NCBI RefSeq assembly: GCF_001194135.2
Contig: NC_068987.1
Span: forward strand, 24,816,510-24,880,509
DNA length: 64,000 nucleotides
Reading direction: 5' to 3'
From: Octopus bimaculoides
Taxonomy: Eukaryota
Every line of letters starts with the position of its first letter. The first letter of the stretch is position 1. The notes under the pieces were generated by a model. That model had not been told where the DNA came from and searched no databases. It saw nothing but the letters and a program-made list of their open reading frames with translations. The position numbers were made by a program, and so were the translations under genes. Shown here piece after piece: positions 42,801-56,800 of the stretch.

Positions 42801-44691
42801 TAACTGAGTGGTTCAGCAAAAGAGACTGATGAAATAAGTACCAAGCTTAACAAAAATAAGCCTAGGGGTTGATTGGTTTGACTAAACCACTTCAAGGTGG
42901 AGCCCCAGCATGGCTGCAGTCAAATGACTGAAACAAGTAAAAGATAAGAGATAATAAAATGGTGATACTTCTACAATACACAAAATATTCAAACAATTTT
43001 TTATACAATTCCTAATAATAATTAGTCACAAGAATGTTACAGGAGTTTTAGATGTTGAGGGTCTCCCTCCACCGAGTAGAATAGGAATCAAAGGGGTCCA
43101 TAGGTAAAAAATGGTTGAGAACCACTGATCTAGATCAATTCAATCAAGGTTGGCAATGTATGTTGTCCAAGGGAATGGTAAGGGCCACTATAACAAAGCA
43201 CCATTGTCACTGCAGGTGGATTCAGATTGCAAGAAGTCACAATAGATACAGCATGGTATTTGATACTATGTTTAAAAAGGTCGCTAATGCATTACACTGG
43301 ATTAATACTTAATTTTAGTGATACTGGACGGATGAAATGAGAAGATGACCGAGGCAGGGTTTGAACTCAGAACATCAAGAGCCAGGGTAAATACTATGAG
43401 ACATTTTATCTAAAGCTCTTATGATTCTGCCAACCCACCACCTTAATCTGGAGGTTATGAACACCTTAAAACATTGATCCATTGAGAGACTTAGAATAAT
43501 TAAATATTCTAATATTTAACACAAAATACTTTTGTCAGAGTGTAAAGCAAAAAGCCCCCCAAAAACAAAACAAAATAGTTGTTTTTAAAGAGACAATGCA
43601 CAAAATGCTTGCAGAGAGATAGAATAAATGAGAAGGTAGAACCTACATTAATTTTGTCTACATTAATGAGCCAACAAAAGTGATTTTACATAGCTATTCA
43701 AGCTACTACAAAAAGTAGCCAAATTGCCCTTATATCAAACCCTACTAACTTAAAAATGGAATAATACACTAATATAAACACTGATACACTTTGTCTGAGA
43801 AAAAGATAGAATAATCACTGTTGGAATATCTTTGATAACACTGTGTAACGTGAGTTTTGTCCTTAGGTAGCAACTGTTACTTCCTATTTGCTTAACCCAA
43901 GAAAGTATGAGAAATGACTAATAATTCTTCATACTTTGCTTTTGTTACATTTATTCAAACCCCAAAGAATCCCTCTCAACACATGGCTGTGATGCTCCCC
44001 CACTACTCCTGCTTATGATCAGAGATGCACAAATTGTCAGCCACTAAGGGACATGCTCAAGTGGTTATGGTCAAGCGATTGACAATCAGATCTATGGTAT
44101 AGAGCAGAATATTTGCTGTAACGATATTTCTGCTTTAGCAACTCAGCACTGAATCTTTCTGAAATATAATGCAAGATAGGTCAGTTTCAAAACATTGATG
44201 TCCAGTCACAAAAGCAAAGTTTGAAGGGAATGATAGTCATTTCCTTCCTTTGATTTCTAAATAGAAGCAAATAGGAAATGACACTTAATAACCAAAGACA
44301 AAAAGAAGAAAAAAAAATTACACAGTGTAACAGTTTTGTTCAATCAAGGATGATCTTGGGCTAAACAATAACAAATCTACAATAAATCAAATAAAACAGA
44401 TGTCAAAACAAAGCTAAAAATAAATCAAATAAGATCAAGTGCCACAGTAAATGCCTTGGAGAAGCTGTTATGATATTACTCTCTACTCTTTTTCTTGTTC
44501 CAGCCATTTGACTGCGGCCATGCTGGAGCATCGCCTTTAGTCGAGCAAATCGACCCCGGGACTTATTCTTTGTAAGCCTAGTACTTATTCTATCAGTCTC
44601 TTTTGCCGAACTGCTAAGTTACGGGGACATTAAACACACCAGCATCGGCTGTCAAGCAATGCTAAGGGAACAAACACAGACACACAAACAT

Positions 44692-44735
<44 letters not shown>

Positions 44736-45599
44736 AATATATGAGTATATGCATATATATGTACATGTATGTATATACGTTCATCCACATGTACATATAG
44801 ATACATAACTGGGTACACGATGGGCTTCTTTCAGTTTCCATCTACCAAATCCACTCACAAGGCTTTGGCCGGCCCGAGACTATAGTAGAAGACACTTGCC
44901 CAAGATGCCACGCAGTGGGACTGAACCCGGAGCCATGTGGTTGGTAAGCAAGCTACTTACTAAACAGCCACTCCTGCGCCTATATCTCTAAAATTTCTAG
45001 GTAGTAAGAATCAGAATATATGGAGAAGATAAAAAAAAGGGTGTTAGATGTGTCTTATATTACTATTAACTTACCCAGTGTATATCCTTGTTCCAGGCGA
45101 GGCCAGCAGTGACGACAAAACCAGGCCAACAAAATGGCGAGTGAGTGAGGAAGCTGCTACCAGACCAATGGCATACCAATAGACCAAGGCCTGACTGGCT
45201 TGAGGCACACTTTGCAGCATTAAATATATTGGCAACAGCTGCCTCTGGGAAGCCAGCCAGACTGTTCCAGGCTGCAGTGCCTGGACAGATGAAGAAACCA
45301 AACCTAAAATCAAAATGGAATTGGAAAATGTATATGCTTGTGACTTTAAGTCCAATGTGTACACACACACACACTTATGTATATATATATATGTACTTAA
45401 ATATATATATATATATATATATATATAGTTCAAATTTACAGAAAACAAATAAAAACTGGTGAGGAAACAACAAGCAGGTGTAGTTTGCTGCTTGGGAAGA
45501 AGGGAAAAGTCTTTGACAATTTGAGCCTATGCCCTTTGACAGAAATGGTTGAGAGTAGAAAAACAGAAGAAGAAAAAAATGTGTAGGGATTAATGGTTC

Positions 45600-45631
<32 letters not shown>

Positions 45632-46554
45632 NNNNNNNNNNNNNNNNNNNNNNNNNNNNNNNNNNNNNNNNNNNNNNNNNNNNNNNNNNNNNNNNNNNNN
45701 NNNNNNNNNNNNNNNNNNNNNNNNNNNNNNNNNNNNNNNNNNNNNNNNNNNNNNNNNNNNNNNNNNNNNNNNNNNNNNNNNNNNNNNNNNNNNNNNNNNN
45801 NNNNNNNNNNNNNNNNNNNNNNNNNNNNNNNNNNNNNNNNNNNNNNNNNNNNNNNNNNNNNNNNNNNNNNNNNNNNNNNNNNNNNNNNNNNNNNNNNNNN
45901 NNNNNNNNNNNNNNNNNNNNNNNNNNNNNNNNNNNNNNNNNNNNNNNNNNNNNNNNNNNNNNNNNNNNNNNNNNNNNNNNNNNNNNNNNNNNNNNNNNNN
46001 NNNNNNNNNNNNNNNNNNNNNNNNNNNNNNNNNNNNNNNNNNNNNNNNNNNNNNNNNNNNNNNNNNNNNNNNNNNNNNNNNNNNNNNNNNNNNNNNNNNN
46101 NNNNNNNNNNNNNNNNNNNNNNNNNNNNNNNNNNNNNNNNNNNNNNNNNNNNNNNNNNNNNNNNNNNNNNNNNNNNNNNNNNNNNNNNNNNNNNNNNNNN
46201 NNNNNNNNNNNNNNNNNNNNNNNNNNNNNNNNNNNNNNNNNNNNNNNNNNNNNNNNNNNNNNNNNNNNNNNNNNNNNNNNNNNNNNNNNNNNNNNNNNNN
46301 NNNNNNNNNNNNNNNNNNNNNNNNNNNNNNNNNNNNNNNNNNNNNNNNNNNNNNNNNNNNNNNNNNNNNNNNNNNNNNNNNNNNNNNNNNNNNNNNNNNN
46401 NNNNNNNNNNNNNNNNNNNNNNNNNNNNNNNNNNNNNNNNNNNNNNNNNNNNNNNNNNNNNNNNNNNNNNNNNNNNNNNNNNNNNNNNNNNNNNNNNNNN
46501 NNNNNNNNNNNNNNNNNNNNNNNNNNNNNNNNNNNNNNNNNNNNNNNNNNNNNN

Positions 46555-46587
<33 letters not shown>

Positions 46588-47411
46588 AGGTGCAGTGAAT
46601 AAACTGTCGTCTAAGTTATGCAAAAATGAAAAAAACACTGACATCTCATTTTAACAGATATATTTACCAAAATTACATAAAAATATCTTGAAATGCTGAA
46701 GAGTAAATTTATTCAATAAAACTGCCAATGGTCTCAACCAGGCCCTCCAGACAACTCTTCTGGACAGTCTTCTTGTTTAAGTTGGTGAATGCTACCATAA
46801 TCCTTGCTTTCAGTTCATCTTTGGTGTTGCAAGGAGTTTTGTTGATGTCTAATTCAACTGCACCCACACATAATAATCAAGGAGGTTGTAGTCTGGGAAA
46901 TTAGGTGGCCAGATGTTAGGAGTGATGTGGTGGCAGAAATTGTCTGATAGCCATAACTGGGTTCTCCTGCTTGTGTGGCACGGTGCAGAGTCCTGTTGTC
47001 AGACATAGGGTCTTCCAGCAACCACTCTCTTGACCCATGGCAGCACTACCTCCTCCAGGCACCCGATGTGGGCCTCCGTGTTGAGTCTGAGGCCATGTGG
47101 GAAGATGAATGGCAGCATAATGTCCCATCACTAGCGATCACTCCAAACACCATGATGTTGACTGGATGTTTGATTTTTTTCACTCTCAGTACATATCCTG
47201 AGACTGACACTCAAACACTCTGAAATGTTTGTATTGGGGGTTCTGGTATGAATGCCAAACAGTACATTACATTGTTTTCAAATTTCTAGCAGAGTGAATT
47301 GCATCATGGTGCCCAACTGACCCTACTATACTGTATAGTCGACAAAATCGAAAACAAATGATGCGTACGCATGAAATTAAAAATATAAAATGGTGACAAT
47401 TTACCCATCAC

Positions 47412-47450
<39 letters not shown>

Positions 47451-50400
47451 CTTGTTATTAACAATTTTCAGGAAGGCAAAAAACCATGTCATGCACAGTA
47501 TATCTACCCAACTCAAAACTGCCTTAGCAAGACTGTGTAACCCATGCCAGTATGTTAAAGTAGACTTAAAATGGTGATATATATCTACATTCATGTTTAT
47601 CTGTGTGTGTATGTGCTATTGTGAAGATTGTGGCACAAGTGAGTCAAAAGACCCAGTTTTCACTGATATGACAATGCTAATAACGAAATTTGTTATTTAA
47701 ATAAAAATGAAGAAAAATAATGAAAGTAACCTTAGGTGAATAGAGAAAAAGAAAAACTGCTGCGTTTGATATTTCTTGTTTAATTATTACTAAATGGAAA
47801 ACGAAAAACTTTAAGTAGAAGGTTAAAATAGTAGCAAACTGTTATGATGTGTGTGTCTAGAGAAGAGACAGCAAAGATGTGACATTTGAACCAACCAATG
47901 CATTGTTGATAGACCACAAGCTGATCACAATTATTAATTTGTGTTTAATTTATACAGAAATTTGTGACATCCCAAACCTGTGAGATGCCAGAACAACAAA
48001 GGTAAAAATTATATGAATATAGAACTTACCCATATTCAGAAAGGCGCTTGCAGTGGGGCACAAAATTATGGGTGGCCTATGAAAGAAGAAAACAATTGCT
48101 TTTTTTGTTGTTGTTTATTACCCAGAAGAAATTAATTTTCATGTTGTAAAACTTAAACAAGAACACAAATATAATTTTGGGGAATTTTATATCAGCTTTA
48201 TAGATGAAATAATTTCCAATATTTACATGTATACAAGGAGGTGAGCTGGCAGAATCCTTAGCACGCCAAATAAAATACTTAGTGTCATTTAGTCTGTCTT
48301 TATGTTCGAGGTCTACTTTGCCATTCATCCTTTTTTTGGGGGGGGGGGTCAATGAAATAAGTACTTGGGGTCGATGAAATAAGCACTGGGGTTGATCTAA
48401 TCAAATTAACCCTTCCCTGAAATTGCTGGCCTTGTGCCAAAATTTGATAGCAATATTTACATCTATACAACATTTCAATTGGTTTGATCTCTTATCATGT
48501 GATGCCTTGTTCAAGAAGAAGATTGAAGATGACATGAGATGTGGTGAAGGCTCATCTCAGGAGGTTGAATCACATAAAGGCAATGACAGAGAATCTGTAT
48601 AAGGTATGTGTGTATGTATGTGGGTGTCTTTGTGCCAGTGTTTGTTCCCCACCACTGCTTGACGACCAGTGTTAGTGTGTTTATGTCTATGTAACTTAGC
48701 AGTTCGGTAAATGCGACCAATATGATAAAGTACCAGGCTTGGAAAAAACCAAAAAATATTTTATATAAATCTTGGTGTCAATTAGATAGACTAAAATTTT
48801 CTCAAGGTGGAGTCCCAGCATGGCCACAGTCTAATGACTGAAACAAGTAAAAGATAAAGATGATCCTTGTTACACAACATTGCAAATATAATGAATAATG
48901 ATAGACCAAATGGAAACCTGCCACCAATGACATTATTGTTCACAAAATGCATTATTAAATAAAATAAAACCTGACATACAATTGAACTGTACCAGTGTAT
49001 GACTGGTACACAGTTTATCAACTCTTGTGTGATAGAGAGATGAATCTACCTTAAAAGGATCTGAACTGCGAATATAAGGGGCCAATACTGAAATATTTAC
49101 CCTGGCACTCAACTGTCTCTGTCAACTCATAGGGGATGAATGAAACTAAATAAAATCCACTTAGCTGTCTTACCTGTGTTCCATACTCACCAAACATTAA
49201 GTGTGGTGGTAGTCGTTGTATCAAATGTTGTTTTACATCATGGAGAGTTGAGCCACTTATCAACAAAGTCTTGTCTTTTATTGGAAGAAATTTGCTAGCA
49301 TCTGCAATGCTCAAAGTGTCATCATCAGGATATTCCAAGAGAAAACTAGTAAGACGGGATCCTACATTAATAAAGCTGTAGATGAGATAAAGATTACAAA
49401 CGTTATGTTAAATCCATTTCATTACGCTCTTTTTCTCTTTCTCTCTCTCTCCGTATATATACAGGGTGCGATGGGTAAATTGTCACCATTTTATATTTTT
49501 AATTTTGCACATGTGCATTATTTTTGATTTTGTCAACTACACAGTATAGTAGGGTCAGTTGGGCACCATCTATGAGAAAAAGAGTGCCATGATGCAATTC
49601 ACTCTGCCAGAAATTTGGAAATGACATGCTGTACTGCTTGGCATTCGTGCCAGAAGCTCCAATATGAACATTTCAGTGTTTGAGTGTCAATATGAGGACA
49701 ACACAGAGGATTTGGAAAGAGTTGGCGATGATGAAGGTATGGAACGGTAATGATGAAGGTATGGCAGCTTGGAAAACTCACTCTGATCCTTCTGATAAGA
49801 AAGGAAATCCTGAATTTGTTGGTGAGATTCAGGCCATGATTGACAATGATTCCTCCAAGTCAATCAGATCCATCACCAGGGACATGGGAGTGTCTGAGTT
49901 TCTTATCAGGCAGACAGTGCTTGAAGACATTTGGTATTCCTCATACAAGATGAGAAAGAGTCAATTTTTATTCCAAGTCACTAAAGATAAGAGGAAAGAC
50001 TGTGCTATGAAGATTTTGAACAAACTCAAGCATCCCTGCCAACCTAACATGTTTTGTTTTTCTCAGACGAGAAAAACTTCTGCTAGGATCAAATGGTGAA
50101 CACATAGAACAATTGTTGGCTTGCTGTGTCCTCAAGACATGTACCAAGAGTGATAAAAATCAAGTCAACATCATGGTGTTTGGAGTGATCACTAGTAATA
50201 GCGATGTTATGCCTCCATTCATTTTCCCACATGGCCTCAGACTCAACACAGAGGCCTACATCAAGTGCCTGGAGGAGGTAGTGCTGCCCTGGATCAAGAG
50301 GGTGGCTGCTGGAAGACCCCATGTCTGGCAACAGGACTCTGCACCATGCTACACCAGCAAGAGAGCCCAGTCATGGCTGTCAGACAATTTCTGTGACCAC

Positions 50401-50859
50401 ATCACCTCTAACATCTGGCCACCTAACTCTCCAGACTGCAAACCCCTTGATTATTATGTGTGGGGTGCAGTTGAGTGAGAGACCAACAAAACTACTTGTA
50501 ATACCAAAGAAGGTAAAGGTTATGGCAGCATTCACCAACTTAAACAAGAAGACTGTCTAGAGGAGTTGCAGGAGATTCCAAAGTCATCTGGAGGCTGTGG
50601 TTGAAGCCAATGGCTATTTTATTGAATAGATTTACTCTTTAGTATTTCAAGATATTTTTATGTAATTTTGGTAAATATAATTGTTAAAATGAGATGTCAG
50701 CGTTATTTTGGTTTTTGCGTAATTTAGATGACAGTTTATTCACCATACCCTGTATGTATGTATGTAGATGTATATATATNNNNNNNNNNNNNNNNNNNNN
50801 NNNNNNNNNNNNNNNNNNNNNNNNNNNNNNNNNNNNNNNNNNNNNNNNNNNNNNNNNNN

Positions 50860-50894
<35 letters not shown>

Positions 50895-53800
50895 TATGTG
50901 ACAGTGGATTTTCATCGATGAGTTCATGAACCTTGGTTCTTTTCCCTAAAACTATATATATATATGTAAATGATTTCACTTAGGCATTGCGTGACTAATA
51001 ATCTGGTGTAGAACTCAATATATGTATGCTACAGAATGAAGTGTTAGGCAAGTATAGAATGTTAATAAGAAAATAAGATGACAAAGAAAAAAAAAAACAG
51101 TTATGTTATGAAATTCATTAGCTTACAGCTGTTTCTTCTATAAGATGCAGTGGACTCATAGATGAGTGCCTGAATAACATCCTATAGCTTCATCAACCTT
51201 AAATAAGAAGTAAAAATTCTTTGGGAAAAAGAATTACATTTGTGTAATATACTTGTCACTGCTAATGCCTTCCCTACACACACATACATCTATACTATAT
51301 ATAAAACAGAGATGTGTGTGTAATCGCTTTTCACGTGAAATCGACTTCACCAAATGCTTCCATACTTGTAATGCATGAATAATTTGACCTCGGATAAATC
51401 TTAGGCTCTTCATTTGATTTTTTTAATTAAAAATAAATAATATTGCTTTATATTTAAGATTCATTTCTTTAAAAAGGTTCCTCAATGTCAACTTCCGGTA
51501 TTGACGTAACAACCGCAAAAAGCTTCACTCTCTATTTTGTGTGTTTGTGTGTATGAGAGAGAGATAGAGTAAATACTACATACACACCGCTCTCTCACTC
51601 TGTCTCACACACATACACACGCACACACATACCCCTTGACTCANNNNNNNNNNNNNNNNNNNNNNNNNNNNNNNNNNNNNNNNNNNNNNNNNNNNNNNNN
51701 NNNNNNNNNNNNNNNNNNNNNNNNNNNNNNNNNNNNNNNNNNNNNNNNNNNNNNNNNNNNNNNNNNNNNNNNNNNNNNNNNNNNNNNNNNNNNNNNNNNN
51801 NNNNNNNNNNNNNNNNNNNNNNNNNNNNNNNNNNNNNNNNNNNNNNNNNNNNNNNNNNNNNNNNNNNNNNNNNNNNNNNAAAGACACACGTGTGTATGCG
51901 CGCGTGCGTGGGGGGGTTCCACAATCGCCATTTATTTCAATTACTCTTCTGAGGATATTCACGTAAATCATTTTTTTCATTTAATCCCCATTTTAATTTT
52001 CGTAAAAGTTTCCAAGTACCAATGAGGCTTTTTGGCACATCTTCAATTTTCCCCATTCATGAGAGGCGCCCAGCCATCATTCATCTGAGAGTCCATCTAC
52101 AGAATGTCCTCAAATTTCTATGCAGCATATTTTGCTTTTTTTTCTTCAAGTATATAAGCAACAATTTCATTCCCGAGCAACGCCGGGTGCCTCTGCTAGT
52201 ATATATATATATATATAAAGAGAAGCATTATATAAATATACACACACACACATGTACACATAATGCATACATTGTTAAATATACCTTGCATTTCCTCACT
52301 GTTGATGATATTTTCAAGGTCTTTTCATTCATGTTGTTGATGCTTCCCCTTTTATCTTGAGATCAATAATCAGTTACTAAATCATCAAAGATAGTCCTTG
52401 TCTCAGAAGTCATCATTGAACTCTTTCTCTTCTTCTGGCTCTTCAGCTTCTTTACATAAATGTGACCTGCAGCAATAGCTCCTTTTCCACATGCTTGTCT
52501 CCAGTTCTTATAGCCTTCAGCAACCTTTTCCCAGTTGTTAGGTTCGATATTAAAATAAAAGACTGATCTTGATGCACTCATTGAGCAGTGACCTTCAATA
52601 ATTTCAGAGTAAAGGATCATTTGTTTGGGATACTTGTGTATGGCATCCTTTATACATGCCTGAACCATTGAAGTGAATGTTCTCCAGTGATGGTTAAGTT
52701 TCTCATTAATTTTGTTCTAGTCAGTATAGTGTTGTTTGTGACAGTCATCCCATTTGATGCTTGGGATCAGTCGTAACTTTGCTAGATGAAATCACTTATG
52801 TCATAGTGTTGAGTGTTTATACACTGTCCATGTCTCACAACAGAAACATCTGAAGAGCACAAAAGCCCAATAAATAATAACTTTTGCTTCATATCTCAAG
52901 TTATGACTGAGAGATACTTTGTGAGAAATGTCCAAAGGATTTGTAGGCTATTTGCTGTTGTTTGGTGATGTCAACTTCAAGGGGGTAGAAGTTGGACAAG
53001 ATGCTGAGAGGTGAGTGATAAAACTAGTTTGCCAATTATAGTAATTTAAAGAGGTTTGTTTTTTTGCCTTTTTATAAATTCCACTCCATGGATATGTCAT
53101 TCCTCTTGAGATATATCTTTCCAGAAGAAAGTATAACTGAGACAAATTTCTGCTATTTAAACTTTGTTTGCTAGTCTGGTTTCAGCAATTGCAGTGACAT
53201 CAAGGGTGAACCTTGTCAGCTGTTGGGCAAACAGAGCAGTTCAGTGTTCCTGTCTGTTGATGATTCTCTTGTCTTGCAGAGTTTGAATGCTCCATGTTAA
53301 AGTGAGTAAAGGAACAGATCAATCTTTTGAATGGTTGTGATAACAAAATGGATAACCTACCAAATATGTTTATCCAGTTATAGGAGGTAGGCACAAGATG
53401 ATTTTAGACCATCCTTTCTAGATCCATCTTTAGTGTGGAGTGGGAGCACCTTCTTTAAATATGTTTACTCCATCATGAAAGCAGCCGCCAAATTCAGGTG
53501 TTCTCCCCAATTCATCTTAAAGACAACCTTCACACCTTCCAATGCCAAAGTATCTAGTTGTAACTGAACATGATCACCATTAGACTTTGGCAGATGAATT
53601 GAAACCCAATGGTCATTTGCTAGCAAGTTTGATCAGAGCAGAGAAAGAGTTGTGAGTTTGATTTCCACAATGCCTGGACTTTAAGGCCTCTCTATCCACA
53701 GTACAACTGCACTGAGATGATAGAAGTCCTGTCCAATAACAGAGAGATGCCAGTGCTGCAGACTATCATGGTGGATTTGCCTTCATGCTTTCTTTTAGTG

Positions 53801-56800
53801 TCTGAATGGCAACGACAACTTGTGCTTCCATTTTAACAGTTCTTACTTTTAGAACTGTTGGGATTCCTCAAACATTCCTCAGGAGTGAACTCGAGACTGA
53901 TGGCTTAGTCACCACTGACACTGTCCTGAAATGGACAGTGCAACATGTTATACCAGACACCCACAAATGTGTGTATATACACACACACACACACACACAC
54001 ACATGTATATCATACTGTTGTTATAATATGAATATATGTATACATAGAAAACATTCAAAATATATTTAATAAACCTATATTCAGTCTCATTAAGAATATA
54101 TAGTATATGGAGAAATCACAAAATCTTTGACAGCTGAGAATAAGAATAATTTGATTAATTTCATCAGAGCTATGAACATAAAACAATTAAACAAATGTGT
54201 AAACATTAATGAAATGTGGTTACTTACTCTGAATTAGTAAAATGTGAGATGTAGTCATAAAATACACATTGCAAGAATGGCAAATCTTCAAATTGGACAG
54301 ACGGATGAACATCAACTGCTGGAATCAATTGCATGCCTCGATCCATGCAGAACTTATCAATCTCCAACAGCTCACTGCAATAGGTAACAATTCATGTTAT
54401 AAACATTGATATTATGTACAACATCTTACTGAAGGAAAGACTCAAAAGTATAAGCAAAACAGAAATTTACTACTACTACTACTACTATTGCTATCCCCAC
54501 TGAGCTGGTAGAATCATTAGAGTGTCAAGAAAAATACCTTGCAGTATTTCTTTTGACTCTAATTTCTAAGTTCAAATCCTACCGAATCCAATGTTATCTT
54601 TTATCCTTCTGAATTGAGAAAATAAAGCACTAAGGTTAATGTTATCAACTAACCCCATTCCAAATTACTGATCTTGTACCTAATTTACAATTATGACCTT
54701 CACAGTGTTTGTATCTAGTCCATTCCCATAACTGTAGGAGTGGTCTGTACATTGAATTGGTTGCAGTCATATATTTAACCCATTAGCATTTAAACTGGCC
54801 ACATCTAGTCCAAATATTCTGTTTTATGTTTAAATTGCCTTCTCGGACCTACACTACAATGTCATTCTAAAAATAAACAATAACATCATCAAACTGTTGA
54901 TGCCATGGAATAATGCATAATTAATTCAAAATGAGCTGAATAAATTAGCATTATACTTGACAGAGTAATCAGAATACTAATAGGTTAAACCAGCTTTTTG
55001 TAAGTTTTAAATGTTCTCAGCTTTTACAATTTGTTTTTTTTCCTCTCAAATTGCAAAGCAAGAGTTATAAGCAATTACAGCATGAAAGAGCCATTTTAGC
55101 TGTCTAGAAGCACACTAAAAACTGCTGAATTCATTTTTAATTTATTTATTGTGAAGAGTCAAAATTACATTGCACATCTGCAGTAAAACTGTCAGTAACC
55201 AGGTCACAGTGCTGCAAACAAAAATTCTGGCACCCAACAAAATAAACAAAAATAGTGAATATGGTAGTTTTTGTATGTCCTTGTATGGTTGCAATGTAAT
55301 TAGTGGAGGTGCAATGGCCCAGTGGTTAGGGCAGCGGACGCATGGTCATAGGATCGCGGTTTCGATTCCCAGACCAGGCGTTGTGAGTGTTTATTGAGCG
55401 AAAACACCTAAAGAAGCTCCACGAGGGTCTGGCAGGGGATGGTGGCGAACCTTGCTGTACTCTTTCACCACAACTTTCTCTCACTCTTACTTCCTATTTC
55501 TGTTGTACCTGTATTTCAAAGAGCCAGCCTTGTCACACTGTGTCACGCTGAATATCCCCGAGAACTACGTTAAGGGTACACGTGTCTGTGGAGTGCTCAG
55601 CCACTTGCACGTTAATTTCACGAGCAGGCTGTTCCGTTGATCAGATCAACTGGAACCCTCGACATCGTAAGCGACGGAGTGCCAACAACAACAATGTAAT
55701 TAATTCATTTTCAACGCAGGGTCTCAAATCAAAGTCACAAGCCAAACGTGAACAACAAAGAGCAAGTTAATGGTGGTTTGTAGCATTCTTATGTTTCACT
55801 TTTCATACTGTATTTTCTGGCATACATGTTGACATAGTATAAGGTATAAGCATGTAGTGTAAACTTTCAAACATCATCACTATCTTTCTCATCCTGCTGC
55901 ATTTCATATAGAAATTTTGGTCTTCCAATGCTGTGTTGACCAACCTTCTTTTTTGGCTGTAAATTTTGGTCTGCAAAATTTGACCTGTGTGCCAGAAAAT
56001 ATAGTAGTTGCAGAGAGTAAATCAGAAATCGAAGGCAGAGTTATTCTAAATCTGCTTCAGTAGATATATTTAACAAAGTATATACTCTTTTTACTCTTTT
56101 ACTTGTTTCAGTCTTTTTGACTGTGGCCATGCTGGAGCACCACCTTTAGTCGAGCAAATCGACCCCAGGACTTATTCTTTGGAAGCCTAGTACTTATTCT
56201 ATCAGGCTCTTTTGCCGAACTGCTAAGTTACGGGGACGTAAACACACCAGCATCAGTTGTCAAGCGACATTGGGGGGACAAACAGAGACACACAAACACA
56301 TACATATATATACATATACATATATATGAGGGGCTTCTTTCAGTTTCCGTCTACCAAATCCACTTACAAGGCTTTGGTCGGCCCGAGGCTATAGTAGAAG
56401 ACACTTGCCCAAGATGACATGCAGTGGGATTGAACCCGGAACCATGTGGTTGGTAAGCAAGCTACTTACCACACAGCTGTGGCTTTGTGGTTAGAGTATT
56501 CATGAGCTTAATTCCCTGCAGTACATTGTGTCCTTGAGCAAGACACTTTATTTCATGTTGCTCAAGCCTACTAAATTGGCAAAAATGAGTTGTACCTGCA
56601 ATTCAAAGGGTCAGCTTGGCCACATTCTGTGCTATGCAGAATCATCCTGAGAACTACATTAAGGGTATGTGTGTCTGTGACATGCTCAGCTATTTGAATG
56701 TTAATTTTATGAGCAGGATGGTTTCTTGATTGGATCAACTGGAACACTCACCATTGTAACTGACAGATTGCCAGTTATCAAAAGAGAAAGCAGTACCCAT

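Noticed and set aside
49185-49195. Strong internal donor G|GTGAGT in exon 49375-49174
   Set aside because: It would remove 17 nt, shift frame and lose the conserved EYG motif; at most a minor isoform.
52363-52668. 101-aa ORF as a host gene or hAT zinc finger
   Set aside because: Matches the decayed C-terminus of an RTE LINE ORF.
55303-55375. tRNA-like sequences at SINE heads (also about 16330-16404)
   Set aside because: A/B boxes are present but there is no full cloverleaf, and they continue into SINE bodies.
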